Assembly (NCBI GenBank): GCA_964057225.1
Contig: OZ059899.1
Coordinates: 7,192,001 to 7,256,000 of the forward strand
Origin: Auanema rhodensis
Lineage: Eukaryota > Animalia > Nematoda
Length of the DNA: 64,000 bases
Reading direction: 5' to 3'
This document shows, in pieces, positions 62,557-64,000 of the stretch (positions are counted from its first letter, which is position 1; every line of letters begins with the position of its first letter). Under the pieces are notes generated by a model. The model saw only the letters and a program-made list of their open reading frames with translations, was not told the DNA's origin and made no database searches. The translations under genes and the position numbers were made by a program.

Positions 62557-63929
62557 TTATACTTTCTTCTTTGAGCTACTTTTCCTGCTTTTTTCTTTTA
62601 CAGAAGTTTCTTTTTGAGTTAATGATGGTGATGATGGAGGAGAAGGAGATTTTGAGGAAAACATGTTAGGCATCTTGATTGATAATGGCATTTCAAATTC
62701 ATTAGGAACCTATAATATCAAGTTAATTTCAGATTGCATAAAACAAACGTACTTTTCCCATACTTCCAGCCTCGAAGAACCAACCAAGTGGAAACCATAA
62801 ACGAATTCTGTCATCAGTTGCTGTCAAATTCGCATGATTATAAGCGTAAGCATGGTAATACAAGAACATTCTCGAAGAAATATAGAAAGCTGAAAACGGA
62901 TTTTATATAAATGAAATCTAATAGAAAATAACCTATAAAAACATCTATAGAGTAATGCTCATGCCCGGCTAAGATAAAGAATATTCCAAATAAATTCATT
63001 ACCCAAGTACCCGTATGCAAGGTGGTCCATGTTGATGGAGTATCTTAACCAGATATATTAAATATATATTAAGTTGAAATCAATTCTTACATTCAGTGAC
63101 AAAATGATTCAGTAACGTAATAGCAGTAGTATGACCACTAAACATGTAATCACCACATGTTCGAACTCCCTTAATATAATATATAATTAATATACATGTA
63201 CACAAATTACTTGAATCGACATCCCTAATTTGGACCATATATGGAAAGCTTGGACTATCTTTTCTTGGAAACTGCCATAACTCTTAATCACCATTAATGA
63301 ACTAACCATATAAAATGTATAGAAAGTATACCTTTGCTCGACATTCCAAATGAACTCCAGGGACAGAGAGAGAAGTGATTAGCATTGTTATACATCTAAG
63401 TAAAAATACAGTTCCAACTAACGAAAACATTCTACGCATTATTACAACTCTGAAAATTTTCAAATTAAATAAACTCAAATATTTAAAATTAAGTACCTAT
63501 GTTTGTGAAACACTAATATAGTAAGCCATATAACACTTAGAGCAACTCCAATCAACTCACACATCTCAAAAGCCCAAGGAATGAGAGGTAAGTTATCCAA
63601 CACAATATCAGGAAGAGGTGGATAGGTTTTCATATCTGGAAATCACTGAATGTTTTGCAATACAAAAACGATACATACCAGGCACTCGATCATGTACAAG
63701 TACCATTACAAACGCAGTTATTAATAGAGACATAAGACAATAAAGGAAAGAGATCGTTAATTTGGCAAAACTTTTACTAGGGGTATCAGGACTTTCAACA
63801 GTACGGATAAGCTAAAAATTGGGAATACCATAATAGTAAAACTTGCTAAACATACCTCATCTCTAGATATAAGTCGAACAGATTGGATATCTCCTGAATT
63901 CGAAAAGGTATCTACTAACTCTTCCTCAC
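62557..63929 (-). CDS. sms-2: Sphingomyelin synthase-related protein (SMSr/SAMD8 type); 5' end probably outside the window or at ATG 63942
   Basis: [41 protein letters not shown] and HEHYSIDV catalytic motifs; ends KKKV-stop. The family call is firm; the symbol is less so. Confidence 0.85.
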
Positions 63930-64000
63930 TTAAAATATACATACTTAGAGCATTATAAATAAAAATGTATTACGTTATAATTGCGTTCTGCTTAGTGGTA

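Noticed and set aside
1-64000. tRNA, rRNA, CRISPR arrays, intact transposons
   Set aside because: GGTTCGA hits lack tRNA context, and I saw no spaced repeats, terminal inverted repeats or transposase/RT motifs.

Overview
This window is AT-rich eukaryotic genomic DNA from a nematode, probably a rhabditid (clade V). It shows short ~45-nt introns, TTTCAG-type acceptors and proteins close to C. elegans orthologues recalled from memory; most ORF-track entries are spurious. The left ~40 kb is the 5' half of the nuclear hormone receptor gene daf-12 on the minus strand. It comprises a large first exon (~38.8-39.4 kb), an 87-nt exon at 31.0-31.1 kb, a ~28-kb intron, and then the N-terminal, zinc-finger DBD and hinge exons (2998 down to 131); the ligand-binding domain lies off the left edge. 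The right third is compact: Elongin A (tceb-3, -), a secreted-type MBLAC1/swip-10-like metallo-beta-lactamase (+), dTDP-glucose 4,6-dehydratase rml-2 (+), an Srh-like chemoreceptor (-), alpha-methylacyl-CoA racemase (-) and an SMSr-type sphingomyelin synthase (-). The most interesting signals are: (1) an apparent array of alternative phase-0 5' exons in the giant daf-12 intron, with an LxxLL box in exon 1 and in the two best intronic candidates; (2) a tandem pair of IR3 nuclear-receptor elements upstream of daf-12; (3) two consecutive GC-AG introns in rml-2; (4) a 25R/25S steroid-acyl-CoA racemase-family gene near the dafachronic-acid receptor. All exon structures were read by eye and need RNA-seq confirmation.
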